A stretch of 64,000 nucleotides of DNA from Candidatus Latescibacterota bacterium. Lineage in GTDB: Bacteria > Latescibacterota > UBA2968 > UBA8231. Each line of letters opens with the position of its first letter. Position 1 is the first letter of the stretch. The translations under genes and the position numbers were made by a program. The DNA is taken from contig OZ253462.1 of assembly GCA_965261395.1 (NCBI GenBank), positions 6,208,001 to 6,272,000 of the forward strand, given 5' to 3'. Positions 9,992 through 19,245 of the stretch are shown here, piece by piece. The notes under the pieces are model-generated. The model was not told the DNA's origin and searched no databases. It worked only from the letters and a program-made list of their open reading frames with translations.

Positions 9992-11950
9992 ATGGACGCC
10001 TCGAAAAAACCCGCAGACCGCGCCGGAATCAGCGTGCGCGCCATGCTCGTGGGGGCCGTGCTGTGCGGCGCGATTGCCGTGGGCCTGCCGTACGGGGAAT
10101 TCGTCCTCAACGGCACCCAGCTCGGGCTGAATTCCTCGACGCCAGCCGCCTTTTTCTTGCTCTTTTTGCTCGTTGCCTTCGTGCAGCCGCTGCTCGGCCT
10201 GGTGCGGCAGGACTGGCTTTTCAGCCGCGCCGAATTGTTGAGTATCGCGGTGATGATGATGATTACCACCGCCATTGCCGCGCGAGGGTTTATCAGCATT
10301 GCCGTGCCGATTCTGACCGGCATCTTCTACTTTGCCAGCCCGGAAAACAACTGGGAGGAGCTGCTGCTCCCGCATGTCCCCACTTGGCTCATTCCCTACG
10401 ATGCCCAGGCCATTCAAGGTTTTTACGAGGGCCTGCCGGAGGGCGCGGCGATCCCTTGGGGCGTTTGGGTGGAGCCGCTTTTGTGGTGGTTTCTGTTTAT
10501 GGCTGCGTTCTACGTGGTCGTCGTATGCGCGATGGTCATCTTGCGGCGGCAGTGGATGGACCACGAGCGACTGCTCTACCCGCTGACGCAGGTGCCGCTG
10601 GGCATGGTCGAGGACGAAGCGACGCCTGCGCGAATCAAACCCTTCCTGAAGAATCCCTCGATGTGGCTGGGGCTGGCCGTGCCGTTTGTCCTGCACGGGG
10701 TTAATGCCTTGAGCCACTACTACGAGTTTATCGGCCGCATCAACTTTGCGTACTCACTGCCGCTGGCCCACGACGCCGTGCGGTTTTACCTGCGCTTCGA
10801 CTGCATGTGGATGGGACTGGCCTATCTGGTCAACGCCAATATCACCTTCAGTCTGTGGTTCTTCTATTTATTGGTCAAAGCCGAGGAGGTGATCTTCACC
10901 CGTATCGGCATCTTGAGTACTGAAAACCTCGACATCTTCAGCCACACCTTTGATGGGCCGACCATGGGCCTGCTGAGCCATCAGACCATGGGCGCGATGA
11001 TCGTCATGGTGATTTTGGGGCTGTGGACGGCGCGCGTCCACATGTGGCACGTGGTGCAGCACCTTTGGCGGCGGGAGGGGCGGTCCGATGGCGAGGAGTT
11101 GCTGTCGTATCGCACGGCGGTCCTCGGGGTTGCGCTGGGCTTGGCGGTTATGTCGCTGTGGCTGTGGCGCTCCGGCCTGCCGCTGTGGGCGGTTTTCGTC
11201 TATCTGTTCGGGGCGTTTGTCATCTTTTTGGCTCTGACGCGGATGATCGTCGAAGCCGGTTTGGCCGCTGCCGTCCAGGGCATGTCGGGCTGCGGCTTTC
11301 TCATTTCCAGCGTTGGCTCCTCGTCCCTCGGGGTGGCTGGGGTGCTGGCTACGGGCATGACCCTCGCTTGGGCCGGCGATCTGCTGGTTTTTATGATGGC
11401 CCCCTGCGCCAATGGCATTCGCATGTTGCACGGCCTGAGCCGCTACAAGCACCGCATCCTCGCGATGATCGGGCTGGCCATGGCCATTGGCCTGGTGGGC
11501 GGGGTTTGCACGATCCTCGTGCTGAGCTACCACTACGGCGCGAACAACTACCACGGCTCGTGGGCGTGGTTTGCCAAGGAGCCGTTTCGCGTCGCGCAAA
11601 ACTTTGCGCTCAATCCGACTGGCCCCAATTGGGATGGCTGGCTGTGGAATGGAGTCGGCGCGGCGATTATGGCGCTGTTGATCTGGGCGCGGCACCACCT
11701 TTTGTGGTGGCCCTTCCATCCACTGGGCTATCTGGCCAGCGGCACTTGGATCCTCAACAGCGTCTGGTTCAGCATCTTCCTCGCGTGGCTGGTCAAGGCA
11801 CTCGTGCTGAAGTACACCGGGCCGAATGGCTACAAGGCGACGCGGTGGTTTTTCCTCGGCATGGTGCTGGGGCAGTTCGTCGCCGGGGGATTCTGGATGG
11901 TCGTCGATGGGTTTACGGGCATGACCGGAAATAGGATTCGGATGTTTTGA
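9992..11950 (+). CDS. Multi-pass membrane protein, DUF6785/DUF6784-like (putative transporter)
   Basis: Many TM helices; RRQWxxxERLxYP and WWPFHPLGY motifs; paralog at 52205-54199. Confidence 0.75.
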   Translation: MDASKKPADRAGISVRAMLVGAVLCGAIAVGLPYGEFVLNGTQLGLNSSTPAAFFLLFLLVAFVQPLLGLVRQDWLFSRAELLSIAVMMMITTAIAARGFISIAVPILTGIFYFASPENNWEELLLPHVPTWLIPYDAQAIQGFYEGLPEGAAIPWGVWVEPLLWWFLFMAAFYVVVVCAMVILRRQWMDHERLLYPLTQVPLGMVEDEATPARIKPFLKNPSMWLGLAVPFVLHGVNALSHYYEFIGRINFAYSLPLAHDAVRFYLRFDCMWMGLAYLVNANITFSLWFFYLLVKAEEVIFTRIGILSTENLDIFSHTFDGPTMGLLSHQTMGAMIVMVILGLWTARVHMWHVVQHLWRREGRSDGEELLSYRTAVLGVALGLAVMSLWLWRSGLPLWAVFVYLFGAFVIFLALTRMIVEAGLAAAVQGMSGCGFLISSVGSSSLGVAGVLATGMTLAWAGDLLVFMMAPCANGIRMLHGLSRYKHRILAMIGLAMAIGLVGGVCTILVLSYHYGANNYHGSWAWFAKEPFRVAQNFALNPTGPNWDGWLWNGVGAAIMALLIWARHHLLWWPFHPLGYLASGTWILNSVWFSIFLAWLVKALVLKYTGPNGYKATRWFFLGMVLGQFVAGGFWMVVDGFTGMTGNRIRMF

Positions 11951-14424
11951 AGACCATACGTTGGCCTTTTGCGCTGTTGCTCGTCGCCTTTAGCGCCCTT
12001 GCGGGACCCTTTGACGACCAGCATGTAACCGTCCTAGTGTTTACCAAAACCGCCGGTTTCCGCCACGATTCCATTGCCGACGGCATTGCCGCCATCCAAG
12101 CCTTGGGGCGGAAAAACGGTTTTGCCGTCGAGGCTACCAAGGACACGGGGCGTTTCACCGACGAGGGCTTGGCACCGTATCGGGCGGTAATTTTCCTCAA
12201 CACTACCGGCGATGTACTGGCCGCGGACCAAGAGCGGGCTTTCGAACGCTACATTCGCGGCGGCGGCGGTTTTGTAGGCATTCACTCCGCGGCTGATACC
12301 GAGTACGACTGGGCTTGGTATGGCGACTTGGTGGGGGCCTATTTCGACAGTCATCCGGCCATCCAACAGGCTCAGATCCAAGTAGCCGACCAGGTTCATC
12401 CGGCCACGGACCATTTGTCCGCCCGCTGGCAGCGGCGCGACGAGTGGTACAATTACCGCCGCAATCCTCGCGGGCAGGTCCACATCTTGGCCACGCTGGA
12501 CGAAGGCAGCTACAACGGCGGCAATCACGGTTTTGACCACCCCATCGCCTGGTGCCACGACTACGACGGCGGCCGCTCCTGGTACACCGGCGGCGGTCAC
12601 ACCCGCGCAAGCTACGGCGAGCCCCAGTTTATGCAGCATATCCTCGGCGGCATCGAGTACGCTTCAGGAGTGACCGCGGCCGATTGCGGGGCACCGAGGA
12701 ACCTGTCGCCCAACAACACGGGTCTGCAATCGCTGCCTCCGGCGCAGGCGGCGTGGGTCTGGTATCCGTATGGCACCTCGTCCTCGTTTCCCGAGATCAT
12801 TGCCGATGGCGGCCGCACGGCGCTGGCTGGGCCGGTGTATTACTACGATGCCGCGGCGGGTAGCAAGAAGCTGCCGGCGTATTACAACGGCACGCTCTTT
12901 ATGTACGAGTGGGCCAGCAATTGGATTAAAGAGGTCAAGCTGGACGAGGACGGGAACATCCTCAAAATCAATCCCTTTTTGGACGGTATGGAATTCATTC
13001 GGCCCATTTCCATGCAGTTCGGCCCCGATGGCTCGCTGTACGTGTTGGAGTGGGGCAGCGGCTTCTGGGGCGACAACGACGACGCCCGCGTGGTGCGGAT
13101 TGACTATGTGCGGGGTACGCGAGCACCGGTGGCCCGCATTGAAGCTGCGCCCACTAATGGTGCTGCGCCGCTAGAAGTGCATTTCTCGGGCCACAATTCC
13201 TTTGATCCCGATCCGGGGTCGGTGCTAGACTTTGCCTGGGATTTTACCGGCGACGGCGAGATTGACGCGACGGGGCCCGAGGTCGTCTTCACCTACCAAG
13301 TAAGCGGCGACTATATTGCCCAGCTAACGGTCTCTGACGCCGAGGGCAACCAAGGCGTGGCGCAAGTGCCTATCTCAGTCGGCAATACCGTCCCCCAAGT
13401 GGAGATCGTGCAGCCCCCGGACGGCGGTTTCTTTAGCTGGGGAGAAATCGTCGATTTTGAAATCCAAGTCTTTGACCCAGAGGACGGGACCGCCGACTGC
13501 GCCCGGGTGGTATTGCAGGCTTTTATCGGCCACGACGAACACAGCCACCCCCTTGAGGAATACGGCGCTTGCAGTGGTAGCTTCCAGACCGAGGCCGGGC
13601 ACGGCGGCGATGGCGACGATTTGTTTTATACCATCGAGGCGCGCTATACAGACCGAGGTATGGAGTCGGTGGCACCCTTGACTGGTAGGACGGGCCACAT
13701 TCTGCAACCTAAGCGCAAGCAAGCCGAGCACTATACGCGCCAGAGCGGAGTACGATTAGAAATGACCGGAGATGAGGCCGGTGGCGGGCAGAATATCGGC
13801 TTTATCGCCCACGGCGATTGGATTTCCTTTGCGCCAATGAATCTGCAGGGCATTGAGTCGCTCAACTATCGGGTGGCTTCGGCCGGGATAGGGGGACGCA
13901 TCGAAGTGCGCGTTGATTCGCTGAGGGGGCCTCCGATTAGCACGGTGCGCGTGGGCAGTACGGGCGACTGGCAGGTCTATACCGACTTGGCGGCACCCCT
14001 TGCGAATCCAGGCGGCACCCACGAGTTGTTTTTCATCTTCCGGCGCAATCCGGGGGATGACGGTTTGTTCAATATTAACTGGATTGATTTCGAGGGACCG
14101 GGGGTGTCTCGTCCCACGGGTACTGCAAAGGCGGCTAAGTCGCGCATAGAGCCGTTGCTCGGTCCGGCTGTTCTGTACCCGCCCTATCCCAATCCCTTTA
14201 ACCCGATGGCGCAGATCCGCTTTGTGCTCCCCGGGCGCATGGCGGTACGGTTGGAGATTTTCGATCTCTTAGGGCAGCGGTTGGACGTGGTGGTTGACGA
14301 GGTGTTGGACGCCGGAAGCCATGCGGTGCGGTTTGACGGAGCCGATCTGGCGAGTGGGGTCTATATCGTGCGTTTGGCGACGCCGAGTGGGGTTTTGGTG
14401 CGGCGGATGGTGTTGTTGCGCTAG
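11947..14424 (+). CDS. Secreted ThuA-like + partial sugar-dehydrogenase propeller + PKD + CBM6 protein with T9SS-like C-terminal domain
   Basis: Signal peptide; VFTKTAGFRHDSI/DEWY/YTGGGH (ThuA); WDF..DG/GDY.AQLTV (PKD); STGDWQ..NINW (CBM6); YPNPFNP..ASGVY..L tail. Confidence 0.85.
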   Translation: MKTIRWPFALLLVAFSALAGPFDDQHVTVLVFTKTAGFRHDSIADGIAAIQALGRKNGFAVEATKDTGRFTDEGLAPYRAVIFLNTTGDVLAADQERAFERYIRGGGGFVGIHSAADTEYDWAWYGDLVGAYFDSHPAIQQAQIQVADQVHPATDHLSARWQRRDEWYNYRRNPRGQVHILATLDEGSYNGGNHGFDHPIAWCHDYDGGRSWYTGGGHTRASYGEPQFMQHILGGIEYASGVTAADCGAPRNLSPNNTGLQSLPPAQAAWVWYPYGTSSSFPEIIADGGRTALAGPVYYYDAAAGSKKLPAYYNGTLFMYEWASNWIKEVKLDEDGNILKINPFLDGMEFIRPISMQFGPDGSLYVLEWGSGFWGDNDDARVVRIDYVRGTRAPVARIEAAPTNGAAPLEVHFSGHNSFDPDPGSVLDFAWDFTGDGEIDATGPEVVFTYQVSGDYIAQLTVSDAEGNQGVAQVPISVGNTVPQVEIVQPPDGGFFSWGEIVDFEIQVFDPEDGTADCARVVLQAFIGHDEHSHPLEEYGACSGSFQTEAGHGGDGDDLFYTIEARYTDRGMESVAPLTGRTGHILQPKRKQAEHYTRQSGVRLEMTGDEAGGGQNIGFIAHGDWISFAPMNLQGIESLNYRVASAGIGGRIEVRVDSLRGPPISTVRVGSTGDWQVYTDLAAPLANPGGTHELFFIFRRNPGDDGLFNINWIDFEGPGVSRPTGTAKAAKSRIEPLLGPAVLYPPYPNPFNPMAQIRFVLPGRMAVRLEIFDLLGQRLDVVVDEVLDAGSHAVRFDGADLASGVYIVRLATPSGVLVRRMVLLR

Positions 14425-14536
14425 CTGCGCTGTGGGAGGCTTACGAGTTCAGAGTTGCGCCGGTTCCAATCCCAACAGCACGATCAAGAACGAGCGCACC
14501 CAATAGGTGCTGTTCGCGTAGGGGTTTTCGACTGAG
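14409..14536 (+). repeat. Left copy of ~130-bp imperfect direct repeat (3' ends of the ThuA gene and solute-binding gene)
   Basis: Aligns to 27278-27411; minus strand encodes ENPYANSTYWVRSFLIVLLGLEPAQL*. Confidence 0.9.
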
Positions 14537-14660
14537 ACTGGAGAAATACGTATTCTAATCAGTATGCAATCTAGGCCGTGCAGAAGGGGATCGCGGAGCT
14601 TGGGACTGAACTTGCCGAGGTCGAGCCCGAGTTAGAAGGGTAGCTGAAGGAGTTGGAGTT

Positions 14661-15725
14661 ATGAGGCGTAACTGTCCTATTACTGGGGATATAGTAGAGG
14701 TAGTCGAGTCTGCGGATTGGCTTATCGTCGAGCATCCCAAGCTCGGACGGTACATGCTCGACGCGAATGCGCGCTCTGTGCTTGAGACCGACGACGAGGC
14801 GCGAATGCGAATGGCCCGCTGGATTGCCGAATCCTGCTCACTAGGTATCGACATCCCAAACCTCACCATTGAGCACGTTCGCCTCTTTGAACGCCTAGCG
14901 GATTTAGAGGCGGCGATTGCGGAATGGCACGAGCGACGCGAAGGCATGAAAAGCGCTGACGACGAACGGCTCTGGAGAAAACTCAGACTTGAATGGAACT
15001 ACAACAGCAACCACATCGAGGGCAACACGCTAACCTACCACGAGACCGAATTACTGCTCATCCACGGTCGCACGGCCGGTGGGCACCCGATGCGGGATTA
15101 CGAGGAGATGAAGGCGCACGATGTTGCGATCGACTATACGCGATCCCTCGCTGGAGAGGAACGAATTATTGGGGAGAGCGATATAAGACAGCTAAACCAA
15201 GTCCTCCTCAAAGAGCCATTCTGGAGCTACGCAGAGACTCCGGATGGCCAACCGACTCAGAAGCGCATTATTCCTGGCCAATACAAGACACAGCCGAATC
15301 ACGTGCGGACGGCGACCGGAGAACTCCATCGATTCGCTGAGCCCGAGGAAACGCCCCCATTAATGGAGGAGTGGACTCGTGATTTTCGGCGCGACCTAGA
15401 GCGGAATGCCTATCCTCTGCCGTTGTTCCTAGCTGAGTCGCATTGGAGTTTTCTCCGCATCCATCCATTCGATGATGGGAACGGGCGTACCGCACGGCTA
15501 CTTGCCAACTATGCTTTATTTCAGAATAACCTGCCGCCTATCGTGATCAGCAGCGAAGACCGGGATCGCTACATCGGCGGGCTCCAGAACGCCGATGTAA
15601 GTCTCATGTTGCCCCTTGCCCAGTTCATGCTGGAAAACGTCTTATGGTCGCTTGAGCTGGCGATTCGGGCTGCGAAAGGTTCTCGTTTGAGGCAGAGATC
15701 GACGGAAAGCCTCTCACGGACATAG
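14661..15725 (+). CDS. Fic family protein
   Basis: Canonical HPFDDGNGRTAR; inhibitory-helix motif SNHIEGN; C-terminus may be truncated. Confidence 0.9.
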   Translation: MRRNCPITGDIVEVVESADWLIVEHPKLGRYMLDANARSVLETDDEARMRMARWIAESCSLGIDIPNLTIEHVRLFERLADLEAAIAEWHERREGMKSADDERLWRKLRLEWNYNSNHIEGNTLTYHETELLLIHGRTAGGHPMRDYEEMKAHDVAIDYTRSLAGEERIIGESDIRQLNQVLLKEPFWSYAETPDGQPTQKRIIPGQYKTQPNHVRTATGELHRFAEPEETPPLMEEWTRDFRRDLERNAYPLPLFLAESHWSFLRIHPFDDGNGRTARLLANYALFQNNLPPIVISSEDRDRYIGGLQNADVSLMLPLAQFMLENVLWSLELAIRAAKGSRLRQRSTESLSRT

Positions 15726-15941
15726 GCCACTGCATTCCTTATGCAGAACTCGACGGCCAAAACGCTGAAGTGGACCACACAGTCGAGGCGATATGTGGTT
15801 GCATGATGGATGAACTCGACAGTCAGTCACAGAGGCCGGAATAGGAGCGGTGACGGACCGCAGATTCACAGGCTATTTGGCAACTCAACTTTTGACTTTG
15901 GCAGATGCAGTAATTCGCCAAGCTTTTCGCGGAGAATTTCT

Positions 15942-17909
15942 ATGAAGTACGTGGCTATCCTATCGTCGGCCTTGTGCTGTATCGCCATCCCGGTCGCGGC
16001 CCAAATAGTCCACGTGTGGGATCTGGCCGATACCGCCCAGACGGGCCAATTCACAGTGTACAACCCCGATGTCAATGACGCTGAATTCGGCACGCCTATT
16101 ACCGCCGGCGATCTCGATGGCGACGGGCGCGACGATCTGGTGATTTCGGCCATGGCCGGTGATGGCCCCGCCAATGATCGCTCCAACGCCGGCGAAGTGG
16201 CCATTTGCTTCAACACCATACCCTCGGGGGGCGGCTTGGACTTGGCCGCCGACCCCGACGATGTGGTCACTCTATATGGCGAGGCCCGGCGCGACCTTTT
16301 CGGTATCAAGACCCATGTGGCCGACCTCATGGGCGACGGGCGCGCCGATCTTTTGGTGGGCGCTTTTTACGCCGATGCCCCCGAGCGCGCCAACGCCGGC
16401 AAGCTCTATATTTTCTCGGCCGAACTCATCGCTCGGTTGCGGGCCGCAGGGGGGCGCTTGGATTTGGCGCAACGACCTTGGCCGGAGGGCGTGAGCACCG
16501 TTATCGGTGCTGAACGCGACAATCGCTTGGGGGTGTGGATGGCCGCCGGCGATTTCGACGGCGATGGCCATCGGGATGCGGTGGTGGGTGCCGACCAGGC
16601 CTCGGGGGCGGCGGGGGCCGTTGAGACGGGACGGGTGTACGTCCTCTACGGTCCGCTAGATTCGGGTGCTACTATCGATCTGACGGCGGCGGAACACCCT
16701 TTGAGCATCATCTACGGCATCGATGCCCTAGACCACGCCGGTTCGACCGTGGCTACTGGCGACTTTGACGGCGATGGGTACGACGACATCGCCATTGGCG
16801 CGGCGGCTTTCGGCACCTTGCGCAATGCGTACCATCGCACCGGCGGCGCTGGGGATGGCCCCGAAAACCAGCGCGAAAACGCCGGGGAAATGTACGTGGT
16901 GTACGGCGGTCCCCAGCGTCCCGCGGCCATTGATTTAGCCGGGGATCCACCCGACGATCTGACCGTCATTTACGGTGCCGATGGCGGCGGGGATTCGCCC
17001 GATCGGCTGGGCGAGGAATTCGTCTTGGCCGATATCGACGGCAATGGCATCCAAGACCTATTCATCGGCGCGTACCGGGCCGACGGTCCGAGCAATAGCC
17101 GCACCGACGCCGGCGAGGTGTACGTGGTGTACGGCGGTCCCCAGCGGCGCGGACAGCGGCTGGATATGGCTGCGCCGCCGGCCGACATTACTGTTATCTA
17201 CGGTGCCCGCCCCAATGCCATTACGGGCGACGCCTTAGCGGCCGGCGATATCCACGGCGACGGGTACGACGACCTTTTTGTCGGTGTGCCCGGCGACGAG
17301 GGGCCGCTCAAGCGGCGCTTTGCCGGCGGTTTCGCGGTGCTGGCCGGCGGCCCCGATCTGCCGCACGAGATCGATTTGGCCGACCCCGCAGTACCCGTGG
17401 TGTGGATTGAGGCACCCGACCCGATCGATTTTTCGGCCTATTGGGGGGCCAGCGGCGATATGGATGGCGACGGGCGGATGGACGCGATCCCCAACGGCAT
17501 GGCCGGCGATGGCCCCGACAATCAACGCGAAAACGCGGGGGAAGCCCACATCATCAGCGGTGCCGCTCTGTCCCAATATTTGCCCGGCGCGGTCGTCCCC
17601 ACGGCCGTGGAAGAGGTGGCACAAACCACCCCCGCCAAGGCCGCTCTGTTGGCCAATTACCCCAATCCGTTCAACAGCTTCACGCGAATTCCCTTCATCC
17701 TGCCGGTTGAGGCGGATTATGTTTTGGCCATTTACGGGGTCGATGGCCAATTGGTGCGCCAACTGACCGGCGGCCGGGGGATGGGTCGCTACCTAGCCGG
17801 GTGGGATGCCCGCAACGACCAGGGGCGTCCGGTGGCCTCTGGGGTCTATTGGGCGCGGTTGCGCGTCGGCTCCCAACTGTACTGGCAGTCGCTGATGTAC
17901 ATCAGATAA
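15942..17909 (+). CDS. Secreted FG-GAP (integrin-alpha-like) repeat protein with FlgD/T9SS-like C-terminal domain
   Basis: Signal peptide; repeated GDLDGDGxDDL and NAGEVY; TAVEE linker; NYPNPFN...WDARNDQG..VASGVY. Confidence 0.85.
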   Translation: MKYVAILSSALCCIAIPVAAQIVHVWDLADTAQTGQFTVYNPDVNDAEFGTPITAGDLDGDGRDDLVISAMAGDGPANDRSNAGEVAICFNTIPSGGGLDLAADPDDVVTLYGEARRDLFGIKTHVADLMGDGRADLLVGAFYADAPERANAGKLYIFSAELIARLRAAGGRLDLAQRPWPEGVSTVIGAERDNRLGVWMAAGDFDGDGHRDAVVGADQASGAAGAVETGRVYVLYGPLDSGATIDLTAAEHPLSIIYGIDALDHAGSTVATGDFDGDGYDDIAIGAAAFGTLRNAYHRTGGAGDGPENQRENAGEMYVVYGGPQRPAAIDLAGDPPDDLTVIYGADGGGDSPDRLGEEFVLADIDGNGIQDLFIGAYRADGPSNSRTDAGEVYVVYGGPQRRGQRLDMAAPPADITVIYGARPNAITGDALAAGDIHGDGYDDLFVGVPGDEGPLKRRFAGGFAVLAGGPDLPHEIDLADPAVPVVWIEAPDPIDFSAYWGASGDMDGDGRMDAIPNGMAGDGPDNQRENAGEAHIISGAALSQYLPGAVVPTAVEEVAQTTPAKAALLANYPNPFNSFTRIPFILPVEADYVLAIYGVDGQLVRQLTGGRGMGRYLAGWDARNDQGRPVASGVYWARLRVGSQLYWQSLMYIR

Positions 17910-18025
17910 TGAATTTATGAGCGAGAATTTGCGGTTTCGGCTGGATGATTGGAAATTGAGGACGTATTCGGAGCACTTACAGCATAGCGTTTGCCATGAG
18001 ACCAAATCCGACAAGGAGATGAAAC

Positions 18026-18262
18026 ATGGATACTGAACTTATTCAATCTGATCCCGCAGTCATGATGGGCAAACCTGTCGTCGCGGGAACGCGCATTACT
18101 GTTGAGTTGATCCTAGAGAAACTCTCCGCAGAAGAGACAATCGACCAGATCCTTGAGGCGCATCCCCGTTTGACTAGGGAAGGTGTTCTGGCAGCCTTGA
18201 GTTTTGCCGCTCAAGCTCTGCGAGCTGATGTAGTATATCCAACTGTTGAGCAGAGTACGTGA
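18026..18262 (+). CDS. DUF433 family antitoxin
   Basis: DPAVMMGKPVVAGTRITVELIL...HPRLT. Confidence 0.9.
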   Translation: MDTELIQSDPAVMMGKPVVAGTRITVELILEKLSAEETIDQILEAHPRLTREGVLAALSFAAQALRADVVYPTVEQST

Positions 18263-18624
18263 ACCTGCTGGCGGACGAAAGTGTGGATAAACCCATCGTT
18301 GACCGCTTGCGGCAGGATGGTCACACCGTGCTATACATTGCGGAGTTGGATCCAAGTATTGATGACGATGCTGTGCTGCATCGGGCCAATCAGAATAGTG
18401 CCCTGCTGATTACAGCGGATAAAGACTTCGGCGAGCTCGTTTTCCGTATGGGACAGATCCACGCTGGAGTTGTACTTTTTCGCTTGGCAGGATTGTCTCC
18501 AAAAATGAAGGCGGGAATTGTATCGGCTGCGATTATCCACCGGGGCCGTGAACTACTTTCTGCTTTCAGCGTCATTTCGCCGGGAACGGTACGGATTCGT
18601 TCGCGAGCCGGGGAGCCTGATTGA
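18259..18624 (+). CDS. DUF5615 PIN-like toxin (VapC45-like)
   Basis: LLADESV, LRQDGH, DDDAVL, LITADKDFGEL; overlaps DUF433 gene. Confidence 0.85.
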   Translation: MNLLADESVDKPIVDRLRQDGHTVLYIAELDPSIDDDAVLHRANQNSALLITADKDFGELVFRMGQIHAGVVLFRLAGLSPKMKAGIVSAAIIHRGRELLSAFSVISPGTVRIRSRAGEPD

Positions 18625-18638
18625 GTAAGGATCGTTGT

Positions 18639-18929
18639 ATGCTACACGACGTTGTTTCTGCGATCTATCAGAGTGACTACTTAATTGAGCTAGAGTTCGA
18701 TGATGGCCAGCGCGGAACCGTTGATTTCGCAAAGTATTTGCAGAGGCGAGGTGTATTTGAGCGATTCAGGAATCTTGAGTTTTTCCGGAGCTTCGCTATC
18801 AACAAGGAGCTTGGCGTTTTGACGTGGGGCAACGAGATCGACATAGCACCAGAGACCTTGTATGCGGAGGCTACAGGGACTCCTCTTCCTTCATGGATGA
18901 ATCCAGAGAAAGAGCCTCGGAAGAACTAG
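18639..18929 (+). CDS. DUF2442 family protein
   Basis: LEFDDG...LTWGNEIDIAPETLY. Confidence 0.8.
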   Translation: MLHDVVSAIYQSDYLIELEFDDGQRGTVDFAKYLQRRGVFERFRNLEFFRSFAINKELGVLTWGNEIDIAPETLYAEATGTPLPSWMNPEKEPRKN

Positions 18930-18937
18930 GAGGAAGA

Positions 18938-19171
18938 ATGCCTTCCATTTCAAAGAGTAAATTGAAAGCCAATATGTTTCGCATCTTCCGCGAGATTGAA
19001 GAAACTGGCGAAGAATGGATCGTTACAGATCACAATCGCCCCGTTTTACGCATCCAACCGATTACGCAAAAAAAGACCGTGGAAGAGGTGTTCGGAGCGA
19101 TTCAGGGCAAAGTCATCTATCGCGCAGACATCAATACGCCGACCGCTGACGAATGGGGAGCGCTGTCGTGA
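18938..19171 (+). CDS. Phd/YefM family antitoxin (cognate toxin truncated)
   Basis: SKLKANM..FREIEETGE..IVTDHNRPV; GGAGG RBS; overlapping GTG ATC GTC start then divergence. Confidence 0.8.
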   Translation: MPSISKSKLKANMFRIFREIEETGEEWIVTDHNRPVLRIQPITQKKTVEEVFGAIQGKVIYRADINTPTADEWGALS

Positions 19172-19245
19172 TCGTCACAGGGCATGTCGGACTGCGGCGT
19201 TTCCATTGCTAGTGGCCCTCTGCGAAACATCAAAGCCATCGCCTC

